64,000 bases of DNA, taken from NCBI RefSeq assembly GCF_000143415.4, contig NW_003314271.1, forward strand, positions 3,029,913 through 3,093,912, in the 5' to 3' direction. The notes below the pieces were generated by a model, which worked only from the letters and a program-made list of their open reading frames with translations, searched no databases and was not told where the DNA came from. The position numbers and the translations under genes are program-made. Shown here piece after piece: positions 12,391 through 26,121 of this stretch; the stretch's first letter is position 1, and each line of letters starts with the position of its first letter. The stretch is from Selaginella moellendorffii. Its lineage: Eukaryota; Plantae; Lycopodiophyta.

Positions 12391-13903
12391 TGTAGCGCAC
12401 CTGAATTTGGAGCCGAACTCCAAGCCCGTTGCGCTACGAAACGAGGGTCCGGTACAATCCCACGAGCACCAGCTCCCCGTATCCAGCACCTGCACGCAAA
12501 ATGGTGTCAGACAGAGTCTGGCACAATTTTGGCATACCGGTGGCCTAACGCGAGAAGGAGGGTACTCCACCGACTAGAGCAGCGTGGAGCTTGGGCTTAG
12601 ACCCAAGCCGGACGCAGAACAAGGAGCGACACAGCCCAGCGGGAGCCAAACTAATGTCTCAGGTGGTCGGACATGCATTCCAACCACTATCCCTACTATA
12701 CATTTGGAACCCCCCACAGCCCCCCCCCCTTGAGGGACACACGCTTTGGGCTTTCACCCCAAGCCTCCCTTAGTACCAGGAGTTAGTCTCTGGGACAAGT
12801 CCGAAACTTACTAAATATGGAATGTCCTTAGATTGCGAATTTGGACACGGGACGAACACTATTGTGTTCAGGCCGATCTCTACATTCCGTAGATATGCCA
12901 AATGAGCTAATCTAGACACTTTCCATATTTAGCATTTAGGACCGAAATGAGACCAACACAAAGGATATGATAGCGAGGGTGTTTGGCAGACATGGTAAGC
13001 TATCATCCGGCGATATTGAGGGACTAGTCTCAATACGCGAGGGTTCTTGCCAAGCCAGTGCAAGACAGAGCAAAAGAGAACTAAAAAGCCGGGCCAAGTA
13101 TGCTTGGCAAAATAGACACTTAGGAATTCCGTCCTTATGCTCATCCGGCCAAGTACAGATGCTAAGTCCAGTTTACTAACACTTGGACAAGAGGGGCTAA
13201 TAAAGGGAACCAGGAGTACCGACCTCCTGCCGTCATGGCAGTAAGGAAAGAGTGCCCGTAAGGACTGGTCGACAAGTATCTTTCGATACCCGAAGTCACA
13301 TTCGCGACACTCTCCCCCCCTTGGGGAAGATCGACGTCCTCGTCGATGCATACCCGAGTCTAGCAAACCGTCAAGGAAACAACCCCGAAAGTTAACGGAA
13401 AGCACACTATGTGGGAAATGCACCGACTTAAATGAGTTATGGAATGACCTCTCCTCTACGTCAAAAGACGCTAAGACTCAGACACCCTCCGGCCGTCGCC
13501 GACAAGGAAATGACCAACGGAGTTAGCCACCCTTGCTGCTCTGAGTACCACTCAACTTACAAAGGAATGATACATCCCTGCCCGCAGGGATATAGGGAGA
13601 AGGCTAGAGGCCCAACTGCCCCTGAGCAAGAAATCAACCCCGTCGGGAAGATTTAGACGATGAGCAAAAGAGAACTAAAAAGCCGGGCCAAGTATGCTTG
13701 GCAAAATAGACACTTAGGAATTCCGTCCTTATGCTCATCCGGCCAAGTACAGATGCTAAGTCCAGTTTACTAACACTTGGACAAGAGGGGCTAATAAAGG
13801 GAACCAGCAGTACCGACCTCCTGCCGTCATGGCAGTAAGGAAAGAGTGCCCGTAAGGACTGGTCGACAAGTATCTTTCGATACCCGAAGTCACATTCGCG
13901 ACA
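12391..13903 (-). mobile_element. Internally deleted LTR element (family C): full 3' LTR 12391-13309, PPT, short internal piece, partial 5' LTR 13662-13903
   Basis: TGTAGC...GCGACA ends, perfect TSD CCCAT, polypurine tract on the minus strand from 13310. Confidence 0.9.
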
Positions 13904-16900
13904 CCCATGGTGTTGAGCATGGAGGAGTCCATGCATGATCACAGATTTGTCAAGTGAGAGGACTTAGCAGTGTAGAGGAACTAGGTTCCTAAGTTGTGAT
14001 CTATAGCGCACTTTAAGTATAAGTTGGTGCACCGGCGTGGGGAGTCACGCCAGGCATCCTGTGCGATGCCATCCGTAGATGCATATACGGAGGTTGGGTT
14101 CGAGTCCCAACCCTCTAGTGCTTGGGTTCGAGTCCCAAATCACTAAGGCGTGGTGATAGTTTGGAATATGAGGACACTCATTTTTCGGTGGTCATAGACT
14201 CTCAGTGAGGAGACTGGTTTGGGCACACTGCCAAGCAAGGGATGCCTCAGAGTCGTGATGCACAGTTAAATTGTTTAGTGTGGCTCGGCATATCTAATTT
14301 GAGCACTTTGGTGCGAGTGGCACCAAGGACGTGGTGAATGAGATGGGGACACCCAGTCTCAGTTGCTATGGACCCTTAGCCAGAAGGGCTAGCTTGGGTG
14401 CACCACCAAGTGTGGGGGATGCCCCCGAGGTCATAGTCAACAACTTAAAGGTTTAAAGGACTTAGTACTTATTGGCAAACTTGTTAAGGTGCCAAGGTTA
14501 GATCACTAGGTGATCTTATGGCTAAAACAAGGACAAGGTCTTTGTAAGGTTAATGGATAAGGTTTCTAGTTCAAAGTGTTGAATTAAACCATTGATGATG
14601 GTGTGGCTTGGTCAAAGTGACCAAGTGGGAGGAACATCTAATGGAAATGATCTGTGGCAATGTGATGGCGTAGTGAGTCCGAAGAAAGTAATCTCTATAA
14701 GAGACCCATGGGAGGGTCACAAAGTTGGGCTAGGGATAGAGCCCACAGCAGAAAATGCTAAAGAGACTTACTAGGGGTGAACACCCTCTGGACTTAGCAA
14801 AGCAAAGTCTTTGCTATGGAACCGAAAAGATACCTTGAGAATGGAAGTAGTGATCCAATGTTGTTAAGTGCAACAATCAAGGATAGGAGCAAAAGAATAA
14901 AGGCTAAGAAAAGAGCCATGGCAATCGTGGGAAAGAATCCAAAACGCAAAGTTAGGCCAAGAACGCTAAGGTGTTGGGTGTTAACGAATTGTGGGAAAGG
15001 CAATGTGTTTCCAAGGATGGATCCCCAATTGCTCCGATTTGGCGAAAGTGGAAACTCCAAGGTAGGGAGTGGTAAAGTAGCTAAATGATAGGGACGTGGA
15101 TAGCTTTAGCACAAATTAGGATAATTGGAACTTAGTGCTAAAGGTCGCACCAAAATGGAAAAGAGGATGATGGTGCCCTTAAATAGAGAACTTTCAAAGA
15201 TGGGGAAGGGGAGTTGTATGATATGTGCAATGCAAGGTGTCGGAGACACTTAGGAAATTGACTCTAATAAGTCAAAATTAAAAGTTCCAAAGTGCAAAGG
15301 TTATGTCAATAGAATCTAAGACTACTCAAGAATGAGTAGTGGAATTGAGTTAGAGAGGGTGTCTTTAATCGGTTTAGTGAGAGTTAAACCAATAAAAAGA
15401 GAGAACCACCACAAGTGGTCAAATACGCCTCTAAGTTGGAGAGGCTATGCTCCTTAGACGATGGACAAGGCATGGTGAGCCTTCGGTGTCAAACCATTGA
15501 CAAGTATTGGCTAGATACCAAAGATGGAAAGGGTGATACATGCTAGTATTACTTTATAAAATGGTTTATCATTCGATGAGGACATCGAACTTCATCTATG
15601 GGTGGTGGAGTTGTGAGACACAAAATCCCTAGGCCCCAAAGTGGAGCCGAAAGGCTACCATGTGGTAGTGGCCGAAGCAAAAGCCAAATGAGTGTAACAC
15701 GTTTGGACTAAAAGTTTCGATTTGAAAGGTCGAGAGCGGGAGTGGAACTCCCAACAAAGTGCTCAAGGAACAAGCACGGAGCAAGCAATAAGTGAGTCTC
15801 TAAAAAAGGGATGCAAGAGGACCAACACATGACACGTGGAAGTGTCTGATATGGAGTCTGAGATGGACCCGAGGTGGACCCAAGATGGAGTCCGAGATGG
15901 ACCCGAGATGGAGTCCGAAGTGGAGTCCGAGATGGACCCGAGATGGAGTCCGAGATGGAGTCCGAGATGGAGCTCGAGATGGCGTCGGAGATGGAGTTCG
16001 AGATGGAGTCCGAGATGGAGTCCGAGATGGACCCGAGTTGGAGTCCGAGATGGAGTCCAAGATGGAGTTCGAGATCGAGTCCGAGATGGAGTCCGAGATG
16101 GAGTCTGATATGGACCGAGATAGAGTCCGAGATGGACCCGAGTTGGAGTCCAAGATGGAGTCCGAGATGGACCCGAGATAGGGTCCGAGATGGACCCGAG
16201 ATAGAGTCCGAGAAGGACCCGAGATGGAGTCCAAGAAGGACCCGAGATGGAGTCCGAAGTCGCGACCTAGACCGGGACCGAGACCAAGACCGAGACCGGG
16301 ACGAAGACCGAGACCGAGACCGAGGCCAAGGCCGAGCCCAAGCCCAAGTCTGAGTCTGAGTCTGAGTCTGAGTTCGAGTTTGAGTCTGAGAGGGTGAAAG
16401 CCCAAAGCGTTCGTCTCCCAGACCCTGGTGGGTTTGGTGAGCTTCAAAAGTATAGTAGGGGGGGAGGACTTCAGTGGAGCCAGTTTGGCCAGGAAAGGCC
16501 AGTTTGGCCCAAGAAAGTTGTGCCTAGGTGTTAGGTGACGGGATAACCATTGAGATGTCCAAGACTAGAGTGAATATGGACCGACAAGTGGGGTAGCTTG
16601 GTGAAGTGTTCAAGAGCTAGCTCTAGTTCCCCCGGGAGATCAACTGGCCGATGCTCCTAGTCAAAGTGTGGGTGGCACTACCTACTTGGATACCTGGTGT
16701 GGCTCAATGGAACCTCGCTCTAAGCCCATGGCTAGAGCACCTAGAGTACCCACGAGGCTCGCATAAGGCCGCGGTGTTCCAAAATGTTGCCCCAAAGTCC
16801 TAGACTGTGAAAAAGAGGAGGCGTCCTCTAGTGTAGAGACCAAGGATACAGTCATATGAGGAGGTAGTCCCAGAGGACCGAGGGACTTAGTGGTCGGGCT

Positions 16901-17368
16901 TGTGGGCCTTGATCCAGTGGCAGTGTTGGTGAACACGGCCATGGACAAAAAGGGATTTAGTAGGGACTGGAAAAGGGATATTGGGGAAGGCTAATCCCCA
17001 TGTCTGTGGGCATCCTAAGGATGCTAAGGAGTGGATCAGGGATGATCACTCATGGATGGATGGCCCAGTCTTTGAGAGATGGGACTGTGATGCAGGTGGT
17101 GTTAGACCACCTATGTGACCAAGGTGAAGGGGCATGGCCTTAGCATAACAGGCTGATATGTTGATGGTACCTTGGGGTGTCGGTTATGGGATCGGACATG
17201 TGGAGCACTTGGACCAAGTGCAAAGGTTAAGTGGCGGGGATGCCATTCTCAGAGCTAGCAAGCCCAAGTCCAAAATATGACTTATGGAGGTTGTGAGTGA
17301 GACTCCTCCAAGTGGTTGGAGGTATGGTTAAGTGACTAAAGTAGAATGGAAAATTTTATTCCCTTACA

Positions 17369-20081
17369 TTAGCCTCAGGAGGTAAGAAAATAATAATACA
17401 TACATTTTAATAATATCTCTCTCACATTCAGTTTTATTTAGGATGAAATCTTAGATGTGTGAATCTCAAGAGGGGAAATTCTAGTAAAAAATTGACTTTA
17501 TCCTTAAACTAAAATGGACCTATCTCTATAAGTTTATTTATAGGAGTTTATTTCTAGATCAAGTCGTTAGTGAGCAGAAGCATCTCTTCGTCTTCAAAAT
17601 ATCTACCATAAGCCCTACCTCTAGTGTGATCTTGCCTCTTGAATGCATATGTTTGGGTTGAGTGACCTTGCTAATGCATGGGTACATTATGGCTATATGG
17701 TTGGATAACCATGGGAGCTCATGTGTATGATCCGAGGTAATTATTCTTTCTCATTGTCTTAAAATGGTTTAAATATTGCTCTTTTCAAAGGTTACGTTCT
17801 AATTTGACAATTGCAATAGCAAAGTTTAAAGTACAAGACCAAATGGCCTAGGAAATATTTTGGAAGTCCCTCTCTAATATTGTACTAAAGCAGATTGGTA
17901 AGCATGCCAACTTTCATGGTTTTATACCAAATAGGGTTAGGGCTAATTGGAATGGCATTCAAGTAGTTTTTTGGGAATGGTCAACCCATAAAAGGTCATA
18001 AGAGGACTTGTGAGTTCCATTGGGCTTAGAGCTTAAACCAGCATTATCAAGCTAAGTTTCTAATTAGCATTTAAGGAGTTTTGTAAACAATTGTAGGTTA
18101 CACTTTCTAAGAAGAGCATAAGGCAAAAACAAATAAGATCTGAATATGGTGGTGTGAAGATGGCCATGTGGACATAAGTTGTCTACTACAGCTTAAGTCG
18201 TGGTTGGGGTAGTGAGAAGTTAGGATGTTTCAATGGGGACATCACTCTCTTCAGGTTGGTTTTTATTTTTTCTTCTCTTTTTATTGCCTTTTAATATCAT
18301 CTTTTTCATTATGACCAACCACTTGAGGATCTTACATATACCCCAACTGTGAATCTCTTAGAGAGTAAGTATTCGAGCTGGCATTCCTTTGAGGTAGGGA
18401 AAGGGAAGATAAGTCCACTAGCACAAATAGTGGCAATTGCAGTGGCATCTATGGAGTACACTCTCTGAGTTTCTATTGGTGACATGAAGACTGCCTGCTC
18501 AAAGCGTCATTTTTCCTTTGCTAGTAAAGAAGTTGGCATAGATCTTGGAGCATAAAAGCTCTCATATGTTTGATATTGAGTACCATTCTATTCCAAGATA
18601 TTGCTCTCAGACCAAGCCATTTCAAGTGGCTAATGAAGAGAGTGCATCACACTAAGTTGAAATCGCTGAAGCCAAAGCAATGGGCAATCTATCAAATGCT
18701 AGCAAAATTCAATGTAATGTGTGTGGGAATGATTTTGCAAGGCAAGTGTTGGGCCTAGATCTATGGTGATAAGTTTGCTTCTATTCTAACCCTATGTTTC
18801 TATAGGGAATGAAAGCAAACAAGATTTTCAAGATGGTATTGACTATATTGCTGCAACACTGATACCAAACATACAAAGCGGCTTGAAGACACTATAGTGA
18901 CTAAACTTAATGCAATACCTAAAGAATGGCCTGTTGCTAATGGGGTTGCACTCACTTTAGATGAGATTGAAAACTTTGAAAAATCTGGTTTCAATGTTGA
19001 AAGGAGAGTTGGAGACATGAGTGACAGAACTAAGACTATTCCCATAAAGATGCACAAGAGGCCAACAAGAACAGGTAAGGTAGTTAAATTTATTGGTACC
19101 GTCTTTAAGCAGAAATAGAGTAAAATAAGTTTGGCTCAAACACTTGAATGTGAGATTCTTTCCGCGAAGTACATCACTACATTTGCAAAGGAGTATATAG
19201 TTAAAACAAAAGGTGGAGAGCATACAATCATCATTCAATCCTTCATACCATCATACTGATCATTGCTATTGTTTTCACCGGAAGCTAGAAAATATATAGG
19301 ACATTTTTTGAAAGTCATGGAATTGTAATTTTCTAAAACAAGTAGGAGAGCATTCTTTCTCACTTAATATGTTGCACCCTCTGTGATTGCATTTATCTCC
19401 AACTTGTGATCACTATCTTCACTATCCTCTCTTTCTTTCTCTTATATGGTCTTGTTATGTTGTGCAATGGGATGACTATTGTAGGTTTTAACCTTTGAAT
19501 TACTACTTTGGGAAGAAAGATTGCAAAAGTTAAAATTATTAACATTAAAACCTAGAAACGTTTATTTGTATTTCCCTTTCTTCAAATAAAAGTGCAAATG
19601 AAGATCCATAAATTCTGGATATTATACTATGATAAACATCTTAAGAATGTACTCTAAAAAAAAACCAAGTCTCTCTTTTATACGCAGCAAGCTTATATTA
19701 ATGGTTGTTTTTATTTTTCTTTCAAACATATATATGGCCTTACATAGAATTTTATTTCAAATTTAATAATTTTTAAATTTTGACAAACCTAACATTTTCT
19801 AGCAAGAAAGCATAGAGTATAAATTTAAGAAAGTGATAAGGATACTTTTTCTGCAAACATCTTAGTTTATATTCTAATAAACATCTCTATTATAGCATGT
19901 AATAAATATTTAAATTGTTAGAACAAGAAGTGTCCTTTAGAACATTTTTATCTATATAATATATAGAAAGTTGTAAAAATACGATAACCTTAATATTTTA
20001 AAGTTTATAATATTTGCACTAAATTATAATTAAAAATTGAGCTAAACTCTTTAATTCATGAGCTCAAGAGTGGTCTACTCT
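17369..20081 (+). mobile_element. Decayed MULE copy (transposase pseudogene through the element terminus)
   Basis: Colinear with the reverse complement of 29681-32575 (e.g. EWPVANGVALT.DEIEN.EKSGFN); ends gagctcaagagtggtctactct, like the intact terminus. Confidence 0.88.
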
Positions 20082-22193
20082 AGATAATGCCAAGGGACTA
20101 AGTCTTTATAGAATGATAGATGGGAGGTGTTATGTAATATTCAGGATTTTGAAAAGCTAAAAATAGGAGAAGTCTATTTATCTGAATTGGATAAATCCAA
20201 AAAGATTTTGGCAAAGCTAGTGTGAGCATACAGAGACCTATGAGTAGCAACATTAACTTTGGTATGTAAGATTACAAAGTGAGCATATCCAAATTGAGGA
20301 ACCACTCCCTAGGCTATTGGGTAAGTTCATCTTTAAAAATTATTTGCTAAGCTATTGTAGAAAGTCAAGCTACCCTCCCAGCTTAAAGGAGAATAACCAA
20401 AAAGAATATGTAAAGCTAAAAGCAAATAATAAAAGGATAAAACTAAACTATAGAAATTGAAAGGCATACCTAAAGGTGGTTATACAAGTTATGAGTGAAG
20501 AATCAAGTGGGTGTTTGAAAATATTACTACTAATAACTGTGGTGCTATGATAAATTTAAAATATGGAACTGCCTATGTTAAAATATATGGTAGTTAGGAA
20601 GCTTATGAAAAGAAAAGCTTTAGCAAGCTAAGAAATATAATCCCCTTAATGTTCCCAAAGACAATTTTGGGTAGGTAAGTATTTAGAAAAACAAATGTAA
20701 TAGAAATGTGCAAAATCAAAGTGGAGTAACAGTGGCCTTAAAGTTTGCCATGAAGCAAGGTCATCAAGGTTGGGGAAATAGTTCTTGAGTGTTTAAAGAG
20801 ATGGCTTTTGTAGCACATGTGGTTTTTACCCTTTATCCTATGGTAATTTACCATAGGATAACCACGAAGCAGAACCTAAACCCTCCATGTGCCACATGTC
20901 ATATGCTACGTGTCCAAAGAACAGTGGTTTGGAACTCAAGTTTTAGGGCCTTGGGCCACTGAATGAAGGAACGGTGCCAAACTCCCAAACATGGAGCCAA
21001 GGAGCAATGGCACTAGAGCACGGAATGATTCCTAAGTGTACAGCCCAAGGAGCAAAGGGACAGGAGCACGGAGTGACTTGGAACAGTCCTAGAGTATCTA
21101 GGATCCTAATGTCAGAACTAGTACACAAAATAGAGCCAAACGGAGTCTGGTGCTATTTTAGCATACCGGTGGCCTAACGCAAGGACATGGGTACTCCACT
21201 AGTTATCATGGTGTGGAGCTTGGGCTTAGACCCAAGCCGGATGTAGAACAAAGATAGACACGCAAGCGAGAGCTAAACTATGCCTTAGGTTGGTCAGCCA
21301 TGCCCAACTTACCCACTATCCCTACTATACATTTGGATCCCCCCATATCCCCCCCCTCCCCCCCCCCCCCGCTTCCCCCTCCCCAGTGGGGAACCCCAGT
21401 GAGGAACACATGCTTTGGGCTTTCACCCCAAGCCTCCCTTAGTACCAAGAGTTAGTTTTTGGGACAAGCTCGAAACTATCTAAATATGGAATGTCCTTAG
21501 ATTGTGAATTTGGACACAAGACAAACACCATTGTGTTCAGGACAATCTCTACATTTTGTAGATATGCCAAATGAGCAAATCTAGATACTTTTTATAAATA
21601 GCATTTGGGACTGAAATGAAACTAACATAAAGTGAGGGTGTTTGGCAGACACGGTAAGCTATCATCCAGCGATATTAAGGGACTAGTCTCAATATGTGAG
21701 GGTTCTTGTCAAGCTAATGCAAGACATAGCAAAAGAGAACTAAAAAGCCAGGCCAAATATGCTTGGCTAAATAGATATTTAGGAATTCCATCCTTATGCT
21801 CATCCAGCCAAGTATAGATGCAAAATTCAATTTACTAACACTTGAATAAGAGGGGTTGATAAAGGGTCTAGCAATACCGACCTCTTGCCATCGTGGCAGT
21901 AAGAAAAGATTATCTGAAAGGACAGCCGACTTATATAACTTTTAACACCTGAAATCACATTCACGACATCTTTGAACGAAAGTTAATGTTTGAGGACTTT
22001 CACGCTTATGTATAAAACTATGTTTCACTGATTATATGACTTACTAAGTGAGATTGGGAAGTTAGATGAACAAGTTAGATAACAAGATTGGTTTAAGGTT
22101 CAATCAAATTGGGTTTTATTGAAAGTGTTGACTTCAAAAGAGGTGGCCATAAGGCCAAGTATGAAGGACTCTATATATGATTATAGGCTAATT
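20082..22193 (+). mobile_element. Family A internal-region fragment
   Basis: Homologous to ~11685-12390. Confidence 0.75.
20809..21968 (-). mobile_element. Solo LTR, family B
   Basis: Reverse complement of the 45086-46232 LTR; TG...CA ends; TSD gcttt/tcttt. Confidence 0.88.
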
Positions 22194-25100
22194 TGTACCG
22201 CACCTGAATTTGGAGTTAAACTCCATGCTTGTTGTGCTACAAAACAAGGGTCCAGTACAATCCTACTAGTACTAACTCCCCATATTCAGCTCCTGCATGC
22301 AAAATAGTATCAATCAGTGTTTGGCATAATTTTTGCATACCAATGGCCTAATGTGAGGAGGAAGGCACTCCACTAACTAGAGCAACATGGAGCTTAAAGT
22401 TAGATCCAAGCTAGATGCAAAACAAAAAGCAACATAGCTTTGCAAAAGCTAAATTAATGTTTCAAGTGGTTGAATATGCATTCGAACCACTTATAAGCGA
22501 CTAATTTTTCATTCTACTTTAGTCACTTAACCACACCTCTGACCACTTGAAGGAGTCTCACTCACAACCTCCATAAATCCTATTTTGGACTTAGGGACTT
22601 GTAAGCTCTAAAAATGGCATCTATGCCACTTAACCTTTGCACTTGGTTCAAGTGTTCCACGTGTCCAATTCCATGATCAACACCCAAAGGTACCACTAAC
22701 ATATCAACCCATTATGCTAAGGCCATGCCCATTCACCTTGTCACACTAGTGATCCAACACCATCTACATCATAATCTATCTCTCAAAGACTGAGCCATCC
22801 ATCTATGGATGATCATCCTAAATCCATTCCTTAGCATCCTTAGGATCCCTGTAGACATGGGGAACAACCTTCTTCAATATCCCTTTTTTAGTCCCCACCT
22901 AGTCCCTTTTTGTCCATGGCCGTATTCACCAACACTACCACTAGGTCAAGGCCCATAAGCCCAACCATTAAGTCCTACTGTCCTCTGGGACTTCCTCATG
23001 ATGTGACCGTGTCCTTAGTCACTACACCAAAGGACTACTCCTCTTCCTTTCCACAGTCTGGGACTTTGGGACAACATTTTGGAACACCATAGCCCTATGC
23101 AAGCCTTATGAGTACTATCCCCACCTTCCGCTTTTAGGTGCTCTAGCCATGGGGCTAGAGCAAGGTTTCATTAAGCCACATTAGGTATCCAAGTAGATAG
23201 TGCCACCCACGCTTAGACTGGGAGCATCGACTATTTGATCTTCTGGGGGAGTTAGAGTCAACTCTTGAACACTTCACCAAGCTACCTCGCTTGTCTATTC
23301 ATATTCACTCTAGCCTTGGACTTCCCAATAGTTATATCATCACCCAACACATGGGTATAGTCTTCCTGGGCCCCACTAGCCTTTCCTGGCCAAACTAGTT
23401 CCACTGGAGTCCAACCCCCACCCTCTCCCTATTATACTTTTGGAACCCCCTCATCCCCCCCTACACCCCCAGGGGACGATCGCTTTGGGCTTTCACCAAA
23501 CAGTCTGTATTATTATTTAGACTCGGATTCGGACTCAGACTCGAACTCGGACTTGGTCTTAGTCTTGGACTTGGACTCCGTTTTAGTCTCAAACTCCATC
23601 TCGGACTTCATTTTAGGTCCATCTCAGACTCCATCTCGGGTCCATCTCGGACACCATCTCGGGTCCATCTTGGACTTCATCTCAGACTCCATCTTGGATT
23701 CCATCTCAGATTCCATCTTGGGTCCATCTAGACACTTTCACATGTCATGTGTTGGTCCTTTTATGTCCCTTTTTTAGAGACTCACTTATTGCTTGATTTG
23801 AGCTCATTCTTTAAGCTCTTCGTTAGGAGTTCCACTCCCGCTCTAGACTTTTCAAGTTGAAGCTTTTAGTCCAAACGTGTTACACTTGTTTGGCTTCCAC
23901 TTTAACCACTACCACGTGACACTCTTTCAGCTCCACTTTTGGGGCTCTGGGATTTGTGTCTCACAACTCCACCACCCATAGATGAAGTTCAATGTCCTCA
24001 TTGAATGATAAACCATTTTATAAAGTAACCCCATCATGGATTACTACTTTTCATCCTTGGCACCTAGACAATATTTGTCAATAGTTCGACACCAAAAGCT
24101 CACCATGCCTTGTTCATCCTCTAAGGAGCATAGTCCCTCCAACTTAGATACTTATTAAACCACTTGGTCCTTCCCCTTTTGCTCATTTGGTTCATGCTAA
24201 ATTCGTTAGAAACACCTTCTTTATTTCAATTTGACTACTCATTCAAGAGTAACCTCGGCCTCCACCAGCATAACTATTGCATTTTGGAACTTTTAATTTT
24301 GACTTCTCAAAGATAATTTCTTAGGTGTCTCTAACACCTTGCATTGCATGTGTTGTGCAAATTCCATTTCCCTATTTTAGGAAGTTATTTACTTGAGGGT
24401 ACTATCATCCTTTTTCCTATTTCGTGCCACTCCAAGCACTAAATTCCATTTTTCCATAATTTGCGTTAGGGCTATCCATGGCTTTACCATTTAGCTACCT
24501 TGCCACTCCCTCCCTTAGACTTTTCACCTTTGCCAAATTAGAGCATTTGGGAATCCATCTTTGAAAACATATTCTCTTTCCCATGATCTATTAACATTCA
24601 ACACATAAATGTTCCTTGCTCAACTTTGTTGTTTAGATTTCTTCCAATAATTCTTATGGCCCAAACTTGGCCATCAATCTTTTGTTCGTATCCTTTGATT
24701 GTTGTACCAAGCAACACAAGTTCACTACCTCTATCCTCAAGGTATCTTTTTGGTTTCATAGCAAAGGCTCTATTTTGTTAAGTCTAGGGGGTGTTCACCC
24801 TTAGTGAGTCTTCTTAATATTTTCTACTCTGAGTTCTCTCCATGGCTCAACCTTGTGACCCACCCATAGGTCCTTCTTTAGAAACTATTTTCTTGAACTT
24901 ATAATACCATTGTATTATTGTAGTTTATTTCTCTTAGATGTTCTTCCACTTGACCAAGCCACACCATTATCAATAGTTTAAATCAACACTTTGAATTAAA
25001 CCTCATAAAGGCCTTGTCCTTGTTTAACCATAAGACCACCTAATGATGTAATATTGACACCTTAATAGGTTTGCCAATAGATACTAGATCTTCCAAACCT

Positions 25101-25528
25101 TTAATTTGTTGACCATGACCCTAAGGGCATCCCCCACACTTGGTGGTGCGCCCAAGCTAGCCCCTCTGGCCAAGGGTCCATAGCAATTAAGATTGGGTGT
25201 CCCCATCTTATTCACCACGTCTTTGGTGCCATTTGCACCAAAGTGTTCAAAATTACATATGTCAAAATTTCATACTAAACAATCTAACCGTGCATCATGA
25301 CTTTGGGGCATCCTTTGCTTGGCAGTGTGCCCAAGCTAGTCTCCTTACTGAGAGTCCATGACCACCAAAAAATGAGTGTTCTCATATTCTAAACCATCAC
25401 CACGTCATAGTGAGCACCACGTCATAGTTAGTTGAGATTCGAACCCAAGCACTAAAGGGTACTCAAACTTAACCCTTATGTTGCCTTTTTAGGTACTAAT
25501 CTACCTAGAATTGTCTTTGGGAACTTTA

Positions 25529-26121
25529 TGTAAGCTCTTGAGTTTGGACTTCCCAGGAAGTCACCCAGCCCAGTACTATTCCAACCCAAGGACGCTTAAC
25601 TCCAACTATCCCAAGACCCTTAACCGATTGGAAAAGAGGGTGCACTCTTATTCATGGGCCCTTTCCCTCTATATTTGAACCCCATGGACCGTCTCTCGAG
25701 TCGTTCCCTTTGGTTGCTTACAATCCACCACGCTTCCCTGTAAGTTCACGCCCTCGTGAACGGAAGCTGAGAGCCGCAGCTCTCCCGAGAGCCCCGCTCT
25801 CTTGACACCCTACCCCTCGGGTCGAGCCCAGCGGGAACAAACTGGACCAGCCAGATGTCAATCAACATGTGGTGTGATTCCCTTAGCCAACCAACAGAGT
25901 CGGACCCGAGACCGCTCCGATACCAAATGTAAGCTCCTGAGTTTGGACTTCCCGGGAGGTCACCTAGCCGGGTACTATTCCAACCCAAGGACGCTTAACT
26001 CTAACTATCCCAAGACCCTTAACCGATTGGAAAAGGGAGTGCACTCTTATTCATGGGCCCTTTCCCTCTATATTTAAACCCCATGGACCGTCTCTCGAGT
26101 CGTTCCCTTTGGTTGCTTACA
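25529..26121 (-). mobile_element. Cassandra TRIM with 5S rRNA-derived LTRs (25529-25722, 25928-26121)
   Basis: 194-bp LTRs, perfect TSD CTTTA and PBS complement ctccgatacca. The minus-strand LTR contains agttaagcgtccttgggttggaatagtact...gggtgacctcccgggaagtcc, the 5S rRNA A/C-box region. Confidence 0.95.

Larger units (their letters stand above)
8501..17368 (+). mobile_element. Non-autonomous LTR retroelement family A, copy 1 (LTRs 8501-10231 and 15612-17368)
   Basis: TG...CA LTR pair of ~1.73 kb; degenerate Met PBS after 10231; PPT atgggtggtggag before 15612; TSD ttacc/ttagc; no intact gag/pol. Confidence 0.9.

Noticed and set aside
25545-25605. 5S rRNA gene
   Set aside because: Only the internal part of 5S, embedded in Cassandra LTRs
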